A stretch of DNA of 64,000 bases from Antedon mediterranea. Lineage: Eukaryota; Animalia; Echinodermata. Below are positions 11,324 to 24,637 of the stretch, piece by piece; position 1 is the stretch's first letter, and every line of letters starts with the position of its first letter. Both the position numbers and the translations under genes were made by a program. Under the pieces are notes generated by a model, which was not told the origin of the DNA, did no database searches, and saw nothing but the letters and a program-made list of their open reading frames with translations. Location: assembly GCF_964355755.1 (NCBI RefSeq), contig NC_092672.1, forward strand, positions 29,704,437 through 29,768,436. The letters are read 5' to 3'.

Positions 11324-12604
11324 TCTATATATAAATTATGGTTAATTCTGACATAGGCGAGCACAATGCAAAAACTTCGGTACAAATCTCCGCCTTGGAT
11401 ACTTATCTATCTGAGATGTACCGCGAAACGTAGATTTGATAACATTAGTGTTCACAGCGACGCTATTGTTCCATATTTCTATCTTAGGAAGATATTATAA
11501 AGAGTTTTTTAACACAATTTATGATTTCAACATTAGATTTTCATCTCAATTTCAATTCTTCCCGGTCAAAGTAATTTCCGGGTTTAAGATAAGTTCACCT
11601 TGCAACAACCTGGTTTCAAATATTTTCTCTCTTTTATACACAAGGGATCAGTTAAAATAATAGATTTGACCCTAAAGGTGACTGGAAACAGGCACTTTCC
11701 ATCAATCAATACAGTGTCCCTTTGGAAGACGAATTTTAAAACATACCGCGCGCGCGAAGGTACAGTAGTTAAATAATAGGAATTATACTGCAAATTAATA
11801 AAGATCAAATTAAATATACGCCATAAAGAATCAGAATATATTGTGGGGAATAGTATTATAAAATTACATAGGGAGATTTGATGATAAGACATTTTTCGAG
11901 TGAAATCCCGATAGCTGAGTTTTATTGAGTAAGCTTGCAGGAATAACTGTAGGCTATCTTCCTGTGTCCCGTTAGGACCGAGATGTCTGCCCATGTTGCA
12001 AGCCGTAATGTCTTCTTTCTTGGGCCCACTCTGTCACGGCAGTTAGTTTCAAAAGATGATTAAATTAAATAATGTATTAATAATTATTAGGATGGTATTC
12101 ATTAGAAAAAACGCCTCTCCAATAAAACATCACTTTGAATAATAACCCCCCCCCCCCCAACCCAATTATCTAATAAACGTCCATCCACATATTTATAATA
12201 ACACAATTATACTATTTGTAGTAGAATTCACCGCACTGTTATCTACAATTTACCAAGCATTTGTTATTCTTTTTTACCACTTTTCATATCTATTAGAGGA
12301 TTTCATTTGATTATAAATGTTACTATATTATTAAAACTAAACAATTTATCATATATCCCTCGAATAAGCACCTCCCTCAAATGACCTCCGCCTCCCCAAA
12401 GGGTCCTACCAAACAATAAACACTATACTTTAAAATGTTATTAATCATCTAAAACACTGTGAAACAAAGTAGTTTATTTTACGAATGTCAAGCATTTTCA
12501 ATAATAGTAACCGACAGAAAATGTATAATGAGAACATTATCATTCCGAGAACCATCGTCTACACTTCCTAGAGGGGGAGCGAGCGAAGCGAGCTCACCCT
12601 CTAG
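11324..12604 (+). mobile_element. Non-autonomous Helitron, copy A only
   Basis: 5' TCTATATATAA; 3' hairpin (GAGGGGGAGC..GCTCACCCTC) ending CTAG; inserted between A and T with no TSD; empty site in copy B at ~51735. Confidence 0.8.
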
Positions 12605-12968
12605 TTATAAGAAATTTATAGAGAATTATATTGCTAAGAAAATACGTTTTTGTATCATACCCTGCTGCTATACAAATGATTAAGAGCAATTGCCGAAATT
12701 ATTATTTAAACAAATTGCATTTGGTACAAAATAATTCGATCTTGCATGCTCTTATATATTCTCATTGCGTCATCAAATTCAGAATCTATTTTGGTGAAGC
12801 AGTCTGATCCAAGTTGCTTCGGTAATCTATACAGTCATGAATAGGCCTATACCGAATCGAGAAAATTAACCACTGTGATAAAGTAAAAGATTACACAGTT
12901 TATGTTTTCAGTATAAGCCTACATTTTTGCACAACTTTTCCGTTACAGTTATAAACATTTTTTCATTG

Positions 12969-15932
12969 CAGTATGACTCGATATGAAAATAAATCGAGTC
13001 CTACACATTCCATAGATTGCTTTGAAAGTGACGAGGCTGGTTTATGCAAATATTTCACTCCAACACAACTTAATGAGCTACAGGCGCAAATTGATAACAA
13101 TGGTATCTTTACAACGTTACACATGAATGCACGTAGTTGATGTACTTGGTTTCTCGGAAACCTGGATAAATAAGAACACGCCAATTGACTTATTAAATAT
13201 CAATGGATACAATATGTACACTTGTAATAGAGAAGGTAGAGTCGGTGGTGGAGTTTGTCTATATTTAAAAGAACAAATCAACACCGTAACACGTGATGAT
13301 TTTGTATTTAATGATAACTCCATTGATTCACTTTTTCTAGAAATAATAAACACAAACGGCAAAAATACTATTGTAGGTATGTTGTATCGACCACCAAATT
13401 CAAACGTCAACTCATTTAACTCTGATCTGGAAGAAATCTTACATAAACTTAATCGCGAAAACAAAAACTGCTATATCTTAGGAGATTTTAATCAAGACTT
13501 ATTAAAATATGACATTCAAAAAACAACACAGGAATTCACAAACATTATTTACTCAACATCTTTTAATCCATTAATCAACTTACCCACGAGAATAACATCG
13601 TCTTCTGCTACAATTTTAGATAATATTATTACAAATGATGATAACATTTCGCATTGTGGAGTAATAGTCACTGACATTACCGATCATCTACCCATTTTCA
13701 TGACAACACACTTGTCATTAAATACTAACACACAAGCTCCAATTACAAAACAAAAAATAATTAATGATACAACATTAAATAACTTGCTTATTGCTATTTC
13801 TAATGAGGATTGGGGTGAACTATATTTATGCACAGATACCAATACATCATATAACCTATTTATTAAAAAACTATCCAATCTCATAGATAATAACATACCT
13901 ACAAAAAGTAATAAGCCAAATGGTAATACAAAGAAAAAACCATGGATCACAACAGGAATTTTGATTTCAATAAAAAAGAAAAATAAACTTTATAAAAAAT
14001 ACCTTAAAAACCCAACACAATTATTAAAAAATATATATAAAAAGTACAAAAATAAATTAACTCATTTAATTAGAATTCGGAAAAAACAATATTATTCCAA
14101 AAAACTGGATGCAGCTCGACACGATTCAAAGCAAACATGGAAAGTTTTAAATGAAGTTCTAAATAGAAAAAAATCGAGTGTTAAGCCAAATGAGGTAATT
14201 AACCATAGTAATAAAACTTTGGTATGTGATCCAAAAGGTATGTCTGACGCTTTTAATGACTTCTTCTCCAACATTGGAAATGAATTAGCAAACAAAATAC
14301 CAAATGTAAACAATTCTGACTTTAAACAATATATGAAAGAGAGTCAATCCCAATCCATATTTTTCAATCCTACGAATGAAGAAGAGGTCATTGAAATAGT
14401 TAGTCAAATCAAAAATTCAAATTCAGAAGGTGTTGATAACTTAAGTAATCGCATTCTAAAACATATTATTGCTGCTGTGGCATCTCCTCTTGTACATATC
14501 TTTAACCTCTCTCTTGAGACAGGCATGGTCCCTGATAGTATGAAAGTAGCTAGAGTAGTTCCAATTTTTAAATCTGGCAATAAAAGTGACGTCAGTAATT
14601 ATAGGCCGATCTCTATTCTGCCTACCGCTTCAAAAATTCTTGAAAAAATTGTTCAAATTAGAGTAAATAATTATATCACAAAGTTTAACATCCTTAATAA
14701 TGCACAATATGGTTTCAGAAAAAACAGTTCTACTTTTATGGCCGTTATAGATCTGGTTGAACGAATAACCGATGCGCTTGATAAGAAAAAAAATACCATC
14801 GGAATATTTATTGATTTGTCAAAAGCGTTTGACACCATCAACCATGATATACTTCTTAAAAAATTGGAACACTATGGCATAAGAGGCACGGCCCTTAAAT
14901 GGTTTAGAAACTATATTAGTGGAAGGAAACAATTTACGTCTATTGATAACACAAGTTCGTGTTTGATGGATATAAATTGCGGTGTACCACAGGGTTCAAT
15001 TCTGGGGCCTCTACTTTTTATTTTGTACATTAACGATGTATTTAATTGCTCAAACTCGTTATCTTTTGTTTTATTTGCTGACGACACAAACATATCTGCA
15101 TCTCACGAAAACTTGGATACGCTCATAGAACTAGTTAATGGTGAACTAAAAAATGTTTCGGATTGGTTCATGTGCAATAAACTATCAATCAACGTTAAAA
15201 AAACTAATTACATAATTTTCCGCAATCAGCGAAATCCAAGTAATTTAGAGAATGTAAATATTTATGTCAACAATAAAAGAATAGATAGAGTTAAATCGAC
15301 TAAATTCCTTGGAGTACATATTGATGAATTTCTCACATATAAGAACCACATCAATGTTACAGCTAGGAAAATATCTCGATATGTAGGCATACTATATAAA
15401 GTAAGACATTTTTTACCAACCTATGCTCTCTGGACAATATACAAATCACTCATTGAACCAGTATTAAATTATTGCAACATAATATGGTGTAGCACATTTC
15501 CAAGTTATTTAGATGAGTTATTTAAACTCCAGAAAAGGGCATTACGAGCTATAACATGGTCAAAGTTTAATGATTCAATGACTGAATGTTTCTATAAATT
15601 TAAACTTCTTAAAATTGCGGATATCAATAAGTACCAAATTGGGCTTTTCATGTATAATGTTACTACTAATCAGGACGTGCGTTTTTCATCGCTCTTTATT
15701 AAAAATGGTTCTTACCATAATTATAATACAAGATCTAAAGACAAAATGAGACTCAGAAAACGTAATCGTACTTCTACTAGTTTTACTGTGTCATGTGTGG
15801 GACCCAAATTGTGGAATGACTTGAATTACGAACTACAAAGTACCAAATCAATATATATATTTAAATCATTGTTTAAAGAACATTTATTATCATTTTACAA
15901 ATAATTTTAAAAATTATACTTGTTGCAGGATT

Positions 15933-15975
<43 letters not shown>

Positions 15976-16153
15976 TATTATTTATGTTTTAGTTTTTTAG
16001 GCTAGTTAGGGACATAGGGGGACACAACTAATCAAGCTCTTTTGAGTTTTTATGTGTTTCCTTTTCATCTTTTTTATGTTCTCATATATTGTTGTTGTAT
16101 ATTTTCATGATAGAGGATGAATAAAGAATATTTGAATTTGAATTTGAATTTGA
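12969..16153 (+). mobile_element. 5'-truncated non-LTR retrotransposon, L2/CR1 group (Crack/Daphne-like), copy A only
   Basis: APE endonuclease (SETW, YRPP, GDFN, LDNI, TDH) and RT (YRPISIL, QYGFR, DLSKAFD, GVPQGSILGP, FADDT); poly-T 3' UTR, AATAAA and (TTTGAA)n tail; absent at the orthologous site ~52110-52150. Confidence 0.93.
13127..15904 (+). CDS. LINE ORF2 (endonuclease-reverse transcriptase); N-terminus broken by a small deletion/frameshift near 13137
   Basis: 925-aa ORF; the upstream frame from 12973 encodes CKYF...TLHMNARS, the start of the APE domain, then shifts. Confidence 0.9.
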   Translation: MHVVDVLGFSETWINKNTPIDLLNINGYNMYTCNREGRVGGGVCLYLKEQINTVTRDDFVFNDNSIDSLFLEIINTNGKNTIVGMLYRPPNSNVNSFNSDLEEILHKLNRENKNCYILGDFNQDLLKYDIQKTTQEFTNIIYSTSFNPLINLPTRITSSSATILDNIITNDDNISHCGVIVTDITDHLPIFMTTHLSLNTNTQAPITKQKIINDTTLNNLLIAISNEDWGELYLCTDTNTSYNLFIKKLSNLIDNNIPTKSNKPNGNTKKKPWITTGILISIKKKNKLYKKYLKNPTQLLKNIYKKYKNKLTHLIRIRKKQYYSKKLDAARHDSKQTWKVLNEVLNRKKSSVKPNEVINHSNKTLVCDPKGMSDAFNDFFSNIGNELANKIPNVNNSDFKQYMKESQSQSIFFNPTNEEEVIEIVSQIKNSNSEGVDNLSNRILKHIIAAVASPLVHIFNLSLETGMVPDSMKVARVVPIFKSGNKSDVSNYRPISILPTASKILEKIVQIRVNNYITKFNILNNAQYGFRKNSSTFMAVIDLVERITDALDKKKNTIGIFIDLSKAFDTINHDILLKKLEHYGIRGTALKWFRNYISGRKQFTSIDNTSSCLMDINCGVPQGSILGPLLFILYINDVFNCSNSLSFVLFADDTNISASHENLDTLIELVNGELKNVSDWFMCNKLSINVKKTNYIIFRNQRNPSNLENVNIYVNNKRIDRVKSTKFLGVHIDEFLTYKNHINVTARKISRYVGILYKVRHFLPTYALWTIYKSLIEPVLNYCNIIWCSTFPSYLDELFKLQKRALRAITWSKFNDSMTECFYKFKLLKIADINKYQIGLFMYNVTTNQDVRFSSLFIKNGSYHNYNTRSKDKMRLRKRNRTSTSFTVSCVGPKLWNDLNYELQSTKSIYIFKSLFKEHLLSFYK

Positions 16154-16419
16154 GTATACAATATGTGTTTCATTGATATTTATAGACCTAATTTGAGTTC
16201 CACACCATGTCGAGTTGATCGATTAGTTTTTGGCCGAGTTGACGCAGAGCTGAGCTAACTTGTGCCGTATTGACATGGGGCCGAGTTGTTTAGGGCTGAA
16301 TTTACGCGAGGCCAAGTCGAGATAGTTTAGCGCCGACTTGGATTGAATTCATTTGAAGTATTAATGCATGTATACAGATCATTTTGGTCCTTCTAAATAC
16401 CCAAGAACTACTGTACCAG

Positions 16420-18360
16420 ACGGGTTTAACGAAACCTAAGATCATGGAAACTAAGACCCACTCCTAAGGCAGCGGGACCCTGAGACGAATAGTTATTATT
16501 CTTTGATTGTTTTTTTTTAGGGTGGGTTACTATTAGAAGGGTTGGGTTACTATTAGAGTAGTGGGTTACTATTACTAATCTTAAATTAGGCACCTGAAAA
16601 TAGTAACCCACCCCCAACTTTTCCGGTCAGCAACTCATAGCAAAATAATAAAACAGACGTACAAATAAACAAATTTGGTTGAACTATTTTATAAACTCAA
16701 AAACACTCAATCCACCCCCCCCCCCCCCACACCACTCTTGAGATCAACATGCATTATCTCTTATTATTTTCAAAATACGGCTGCATCATGCCATGGGTTA
16801 CTATTATACCCCTTACACTATCACCGTAACAGCGGTGTAACCCCGCAGTTATTAGTACACCGGGCCGTTAAACGCCGGTGTTGTGGTTTTTATTGACTGG
16901 TGTAAATGGGAAAATCCAACCACCCCGGTGTGCTCTCCCCCGGGTGAAACGAAGCTGAATGTTTTCCGGTGTACCTTCTCCGGTGTAGTCGAATCTACAC
17001 CGGAGACACGAAGTGTAAACGGTTTTTGTGGTTCAACACCAAGCTGTTAAAGGTCAATGACGTGAAAATGTAACATGTTGTCACAGAAATACAATATATT
17101 ATGCAAACAAAATAGGTTTTTTGCTTAAAATACACCTTTTTTGCTTAAAATAATAATTGTACGATATATTGTCCTGTTCGTTATTTTCTTTTAAAGGCAC
17201 AAACAAATTTGTGATTTTTTTTTCTGCTGAAAATATTGAAATTGTTCGTGTGCATTCTACCTTACCAGAAAGCCTAAAATAATGTAGGCCTAATATTGGT
17301 GTAACTCTACCCTGCGATTCTATGTAGGCATAATTATTGAAAAAGGGAAAAATATATATAATACTGATGTCTCAATGCATGAAAATTAATTTTTTTTTTT
17401 AGGAACTGAAAGAGTACCGTATAATAATTTTCCTTCATTGATACATTTTTATGCTAATTAACAAATACATTTTTTATTTTAAATACTTATCGTACCTACC
17501 CTATTTTTACGCCAACCTAACCATGTAAGGCCTATTTAATGTACGTACAGTCTACAAGGCGGAAATGCAGTCATTTTAAAAAGAAAAATAATTGTTAGGC
17601 CCTAATTTTTTAAATAATAAATGATAATCTCAATAGCCACAAAGAAAATATTACACTGGACTACATTCAAAATTAAATAAATTGTGTGTAAATTCGGATT
17701 ATCATGTTTTTATATGAGATGTGTCGATATGTTCCAGTGTTTAAACGTTTAAACCAGAGTCAGTAAGTTACGTTCCACGTGTGCGCTTGCAATAGTGATT
17801 TGATTGACAGCACCGGGGTGATTGATGTAGTGTAAATGGGCGCAGCTCGAGTTCATCTCGCAGTTTTTTTGGCTAGTGTAAATGGAAATTGCCTCCGAGT
17901 TCAACTCGTGTTCCTCTCTCAGTCGATAGTGTAAAAAGGGTATTAGAGTAGGGGATATTACTATAGATTGACTATAAGGTGGGTCACTATTAGAAATGGG
18001 GTTACTATTAGAGTGTGGGTTACTATTAGAAGATTTACGGTATGAATTTGGTCTAATGTGAGACGTTTCGGCCCACACAGTCTGATGTTTCGGCCCAAAA
18101 GTGGGCCAAATCGTCCTACGAAAAGTGGGTCGAATCGTCCCGGGCCGTATCGTCTCAGAGCCGAATCGTCCCGGAATCCATAAGACCTCCTAAGATCACG
18201 AAACCCAAGACCCAAGACCTTATTGTCGTTCCCTTTCGCACCTGTCTTGTATTTTAACTCTAAATGTGTTAACCAACTTTATCCTGAATACCACACCATA
18301 CTACTTTTATGAAGAAGAATCAATAAATAACAAACAATAAATAAGATTTTAAAGACGTTT
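16420..18360. mobile_element. Older nest of MITE fragments (CCTAAGA-repeat and GGGTTACTATTAG-repeat families) shared by both copies (B: ~52420-54000)
   Basis: Ends similar to the 18412 family; inverted GGGACGATTCGGC.CTGAGACGA termini; repeated GGGTTACTATTAG motifs. Confidence 0.55.
16807..17942. mobile_element. PIF/Harbinger-type MITE, TTA TSD, copy A only
   Basis: TIR TACCCCTTACACTATC...GATAGTGTAAAAAGGGTA flanked by TTA; copy B empty site tactattagag at ~53572. Confidence 0.85.
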
Positions 18361-18411
18361 TTTCGTGCGAATTCTATGTTGAGGTGTAGTGACGTGTACG
18401 TATATTCAGAG

Positions 18412-19467
18412 GGGTGTCACGAAACCTAAGACCACGAAAGCTAAGACCCCTAAGACCTAAGATCACGAAAGCTAAGACCCAAGACCTAAGATTACAAATT
18501 CTAAGATATACTACAGCTTAAAAACAATACTTGTTTATCCATACATAATTTTAAACACAGTAGGTTTCATTTATTACCATAAATATAATTAAATACTACC
18601 GCAAAACATAGATAAACTCACATTATTTTCGCCCGTTTAGTAAATGTATATTTTTTTCTTTACAACAAACAAACTTGACGGGTTGTTTGTTGGTATATAT
18701 CTACTCCATTGTGTTGGTTCAGAGGATGTTTTTCTTACGCACCTGCCTTTCTTGTATTTTGACTCCAAATTTGTTGACTAACTTTATCCTGAATACCACA
18801 CTTTAAAATTAGGATTTATACGTACTTTCAGACGGAGAAACACATAAAAACAAATAAATAAATCCTTTAAATTGATGATTTTACAGACATGTTTTTTTGT
18901 ATACTGAATGTTTTTGTTTCTATGGAGCGCCAAAAGAGCAACAATAATAGTACAAGTATAAAAACAGAAAGAAAACGAAACAAATCATGATTTTTAAATT
19001 AAAATTTATTTGCCAGTATTTATTTCTTCATACTTTGATTGTACTATTATCATTACACTTTTAATTTTACATTGTTCCATCCACACTGTAGATGGACTCC
19101 ACAGAGTTTTCAGCCCTCTATATAATTTTTGCTCTTTTGACGTTCCATAGAAACAAAAACATTGAACATGGTAGGTCTACAACTGCTACTGTACTGTAGG
19201 CTAGTCATGCGAAATTCGCAAACAGTTTGTGTGCGAGAAAAACGTCTGTAAAATCATCAATTTAAAAATGTATTTGTTACTTTTTATGTGATTCTTTTTC
19301 ATAAAAGTGCCAATTCTAAGGTGTGGTATTCAGAATAAATGTTGGGAGTTAAAATACAAGGCAGGTGCGAAAGATAAATATTTGTAATCTCAGGTCTTGG
19401 GTCTTAGCTTTCGTGATCTTAGTCTTAGGGGGTCTTAGCTTTCGTGGTCTTAGGTTTCGTGACACCC
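18412..19467. mobile_element. Mutator-like foldback MITE, 10-bp TSD ATATTCAGAG, copy A only
   Basis: Long TIRs GGGTGTCACGAAACCTAAGACCACGAAAGCTAAGACC; single ATATTCAGAG at copy B ~54026. Confidence 0.87.
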
Positions 19468-19569
19468 ATATTCAGAGCGTCATTCTGACGGTCACTAGTA
19501 CTGAAGCATTCTCTACGGAACGCCATCTATGCCTTTATTAACTTCAGAAATAGAAATAGTACTATGGTA

Positions 19570-20445
19570 ACTGTTCAAGCGGACCCAATTTAGCACCAGA
19601 GGAGCACAGTGATATAAAATAGATATAGGCCTAAGTCACTAATTTTAATATTGATTGAATTGAAATATATATTTATACTGGGTAACCTCTTCAGTCAATG
19701 ACTGGTCTCCCAGAGGGCCCAGTTGGTGATCAGTGGCTGTAATGTTTCATATGTTAATACACTGTGCTCAAGTCGACCCAATTTGCCGTCAGTGGAGCAC
19801 AGTGATATAAAATAGAAACAAGTCACTGAATTTTAATATCTTTTCGTATGTTAATACACTGTGCTAAGTGGAACCAATTTGTCGCCAGGGGAGCACAGTG
19901 ATATAAAATAGAAACAATTCACTGAATTTTAATATCTTTTCGTATGTTAATACACTATGCTCACGTGGAACCAATTTGGCGCCAGTGAGCATAGTGATAT
20001 AAAATAGAAAAAAGTCAGTCACTAAATTTTAATATCTTTTCGTATGTTAATACACTGTGCTAAAGTAGCCCAATTTGGCACTAGTGGAGCACAGTGATAT
20101 AACATAGAAATAAAGTCAATAAATTTTAATATGTTAAGCATGCATGGAATATTTATTGAAAGCTTAGCTTAAAATATTGTTTAGTATTTATTATGCATTT
20201 TTTCTTCAAGGAGAAATAATAATAATTTTTAATTTGTGAAACATTGTGCTCAAGTGGACCCAAATTGGCACCAGTGGAGCACAGTAATATAAATTAGAAA
20301 TAAGTCACTGAATGTTAATATCTTTTCATATGTTAATACACTGTGCTCCAGTGGACCCGCCCAATTAAGTTGAATATATATTCGTGTATGTTAATACACT
20401 GTGCTCCCGTGGATCAAATTTGGCGCCAGTGGTGTAGCACAGCTA
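19570..20445. repeat. ~97-bp minisatellite with internal hairpin (CACTGTGCTC-N~26-GAGCACAGTG), about 7 degenerate units
   Basis: Unit starts at 19753, 19850, 19946, 20046. Confidence 0.85.
19650..19740 (-). mobile_element. Very short retroposon 3' end with (TTCAA)-type tail, copy A only
   Basis: ~90-bp insert absent from copy B (~54170), with a short stem-loop and tail. Confidence 0.5.
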
Positions 20446-21048
20446 AATAGTCACATACAAAAACATCGAGAAAAAATACTTCTGGATTTCAAAAATATTT
20501 CAAACTTGGTATATTATAAATAAATATCGGTTACTCCATCTGTATTGGTATTTTATTTTTTATAAATTCTGTACTAAAATAAACTGGAAACGTGTATGCA
20601 TGGCCATTTCAACTTTTTGTATTAGTAATATACATTTTGAACGTGGAAATATTCTCTTTCAGATGTGCACTACATTTAATTTTTATTTAGGTATATTGTT
20701 AACTTAATAACTTATAAAATATCAATCTGTGCCAATGGAAGAATTATGGAATTGTTAGGACTTGATTCCCACTGCAATTGTTTGTTATCAACTGTATGAA
20801 CGTGTAATTTGAACAAGGGTGTCGGCAACCCAGGTCCTCTATCGCGACAGCTCCGTCCTCCGTCGGACAAAAGATCAAGTCTACCCCTGGTGCAACCACC
20901 GATCTAAGCTCCCACCGATAGCAATAACATTAAAGTAATTTAACTCTTCCCTGGTGTAAATTAACCTGTATTTAAAATAGAATGACTACATTATATAAGT
21001 GTATAACTTTGCTTATGAATACAGCGGTAGTTTTTCCAAACGTGTTAA

Positions 21049-21642
21049 AGCTCAGGTACAGGCATGAATTTAAAATATAATATTTGGTTAATTGTACATA
21101 AATCAAATATTTGTAACAGCAATCAAGACGAAAAAACATGAATTTCCCTTAATATGGTCAAATACAAAATTTGGCAAAATTATTCCATAAAAACCAGGAA
21201 GACTTTTTTTCAGTAGTTAGGTAATTAACCTAATGTAATAACATGTCTGGTGACTCCCTAGACGGTGAAAAAAGATGGTGGATATACGGTGGATAATTTT
21301 TGCTATAGCATGAAAATAAAAATCTTAAGTTGAATAAAAATATCAGAAATGTAATATTCAAGTTATATTACCTATATTTAGTCATCTGATAAAATTTTTT
21401 ACCACACCGTTTATTTTTCATAGCTTTTTAAAATGCCTCTCTATTTACAAAATTTGTGTACAAAAGAATAGAGATTTTACTGTGTAATTTGAACTATCCC
21501 CCACTGATAAGAAAGTGCTTATTTTCAATAAGCTTGTGTAACACAAATAAAATCCCCAAAAATTATGAAACATAGGGGAAACTATAGATCGATAATTATT
21601 GGAATGTATGATCAATAGAAATGTTTTGCCCGCACCTGGCCT
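21049..21642. mobile_element. TTAA-targeting (Kolobok-like) MITE, copy A only
   Basis: TTAA|AGCTCAGGTACAGGC...GCCCGCACCTGGCCT|TTAA; empty site in copy B at ~55942. Confidence 0.75.
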
Positions 21643-24637
21643 TTAAAAACGTAAAACCCTTGGCTCGAATAAACAAATACTTTAATGTACAAGACCTTGA
21701 TTATTTTGACGGAAATTGCGCCAATGTATACATACCTGGTGAACTTCATGAGGAAATCATGTCGTCATTAGACCCCTCAATGTTGAATATGTATGCTAGA
21801 TACTATAGTATTTAGTAACTATAACTTCACGGACGTTGCACATTGACAATACCCAGTATGGAATTTCATGATTATAAACCAGTTTGTGTTTGTAATGGCA
21901 TACCAGTTATTGTACGTCTGTACTCTATGACTTAAGGCCTACTTGATTGTATATAAACTGCAAGTCATGAGGAAATAAATAAAATACATTTTCATTGTTT
22001 ATATCAAGTCACAATTTTCACAAGCGAAATCATTACTTCACTTAATTTTTTCCTGCCAATGTACAGTGAATAAATGTATTAAAACTACAAAATTTCCTAT
22101 ACAACATTTGATTTAATTTATGTTTAGCGGGAAATACAGACATTAGTTTTAGGGTATGGAGAGGATTTGGGGATTGTAAAATAGCTTAATCTAAATTCAC
22201 AAGTAACCTATTATATAGACTATCTAAATAGTATTGATCGCCGAAATTGAGAAACTCATTTGCTCAGAGTCAAACACTCATAATATAAATATTAATAATG
22301 ATATAAATAAATATAATTTAAAAGGCCAAACATTAAAATGAATACCCATGTTAATGATTGGAACAAAATAATTGAAATTCAAACAAAGTGTGAATTTGTT
22401 TAAATATCAATCCGCTAGTGAGGTACTTACAAGGTTTTTAGACAAGTCCGTATGCGAATAAAAAATAATAAAAGAGGGAATGGACCGGAAACAATTTCGA
22501 AAACATAAAATGAAAAATATAGATCATGGAATATAGTGACATATTACTCTTCCCATGATTAGCCTCTATTTCAAAATCTTTGGATCTGCCTGCCATCATA
22601 ATGCCTGATTTTTAAATACAATAAAACAAATTTTTAAAGCATAAATCAATTGACTTCGGTATGATTATTATACCAAAATTAGATTTCTACGTACAAACTA
22701 TAAAAAAAATGCGTTGTCTAAAGGCAGTATAATAATTATAATACTTGTACTTCAAGAAGCCATGTTTATGCAGAATCTCTTTGTCTCTGTAATGTAGAGG
22801 TACTGTAGGTCAGAAAACATTGAATGAAAATAGAAAACAAATGTTTACAAATACAGGATCATTGGCATATGTAGCTTTTTAATATTATATTCTTAATGGC
22901 CCTATTACTACAATATGGTTAGTTGTATTTGTTGGAAGTGAAATGATTGTTGGTATATATTATGCAATTCAATATCATCAAACGAAGAGGTCATGTGATG
23001 CAAACAATATTATGACCGAAACTAAATATTCGTAACTCATCAAACTTACTGTATTTATTTGATAGAGGTTTTCTGTTAAATAATTATTGATTTTGTAGTT
23101 TGTCGATGACAGAACAGTATGGTTTGAATTGTAAGTTTATTTTATTGTGTACATGCAGGTAAAACAGTCATATTTATATAATGCTTTAGTGAAGTTTTAA
23201 TATATATCACCAAGCGTTAGGCAAAGAGGCTAATGGTTTGTAGGTCTATGCCCAATATTAATTATTTCTTATCAGTATTGAGAAAATGTACCTGAACTGT
23301 TATTTCTACAAACTGACATAATAGTAGGATATGTCACAGTTTATACTTCATTTTACTCAACATAGTATAATTAAAAACTGAATGCAATTGAAGTGTGCTA
23401 CGGTAAAGTAGCCAATGCAAACAGCTTAAAAAAATTTTACATACCTGGTGATTCTGGAAAGATTCCTGTCGCCATTAGACTTAGTGATTTTGAAGAGAAT
23501 GAACTAGAAACTATAGTTAATAACTTCACGCACATTGCACACTGACAATACTGTAATACACAGTGGAATAAAGCACAAGTTGTGTTTGTTAGTGTGTATT
23601 TAGTGATTTGTATTGGATTGTATGGTAGATTGAACACGGACAAAATGATTGATAATTAAATCAAGAAGGAATGTATGTTGGTACCAATCTGTGAGTGGGG
23701 GCGGTGTTTTTCGACCAATTTTGAACACGGAAAAATGATTGATATTTAAATCCAGATTTTTTCGGAACTAGAGATAGATGCCATGTGTTGCGCCTATCCA
23801 GAAGAAAGGGACTACCTGTGCATTTATATGTATTAAATGTTGTGTCGCTGTTGCACAATAATTTAAATATAAAGGTGTTAGCAACATGAATGAAATTACT
23901 TTGGCTACATGATACATGTCTTGAACTGTTTTGATGTTGCACATAATGTTGTGTTACGTTCCTGTGCTTGGAGGATGACTGTAGTTGATGAAGGAATCTA
24001 GGTGAAAGGATGCAGATACAATACAATCTCCATCTGGAGAGGCCTGCTTTATTTTCGTAACAACACAAGAGCCTGGGGATTTACTAAAAATTAAAAACAA
24101 TTTGAATATCAAAAGAACAACAGTTATTTATAGCACACATTTATTTTACAGCTTAAATAGTATTTTGATCACGATAAAAAAAAACACTCCATTTCATTTA
24201 GACCATTTTCTTTCACTCTCTAAACTTATAGCGAAGGTAACATTCTCTTAAAAAAACTTAATACCATATGTCTGCGCATATAAATGATTTTGGTCGTATT
24301 TGATGACACTGTCTCTAAAACCGTGTCTTAATGGTATGCTACTTTGATAATCTAATTAGTTACACTTAATATTATATTAACCTTATAATATTCACAATTT
24401 TAACAATTACGGATTCTCCTTCTAAAACATGTCTATAATTACAGCTATAAACTGATGTATTTTAAAATAAAATGTAATTGTTTTTCTCGATGCCATTAGT
24501 CGAACTAGGATACTAATTTCTGTACGCACTTCCATACAGGGTATTAGAAGTCATAAAAGTTATCATTGTCCCACCAAAAACTCAGTTACATAGGGTACGG
24601 CAGAGTATCCTTTTGAACGAAAGCACTCGTTTTAACA

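Noticed and set aside
13127-15904. RT as a diversity-generating retroelement or retron acting on the LRR repeats
   Set aside because: It is an ordinary APE-RT LINE, present in one copy only; no template/variable repeat pair or adenine-specific variation was seen.
19570-20445. CRISPR-like array (palindromic repeats with spacers)
   Set aside because: The loops are homologous to each other rather than unique spacers; no cas genes; eukaryotic context.
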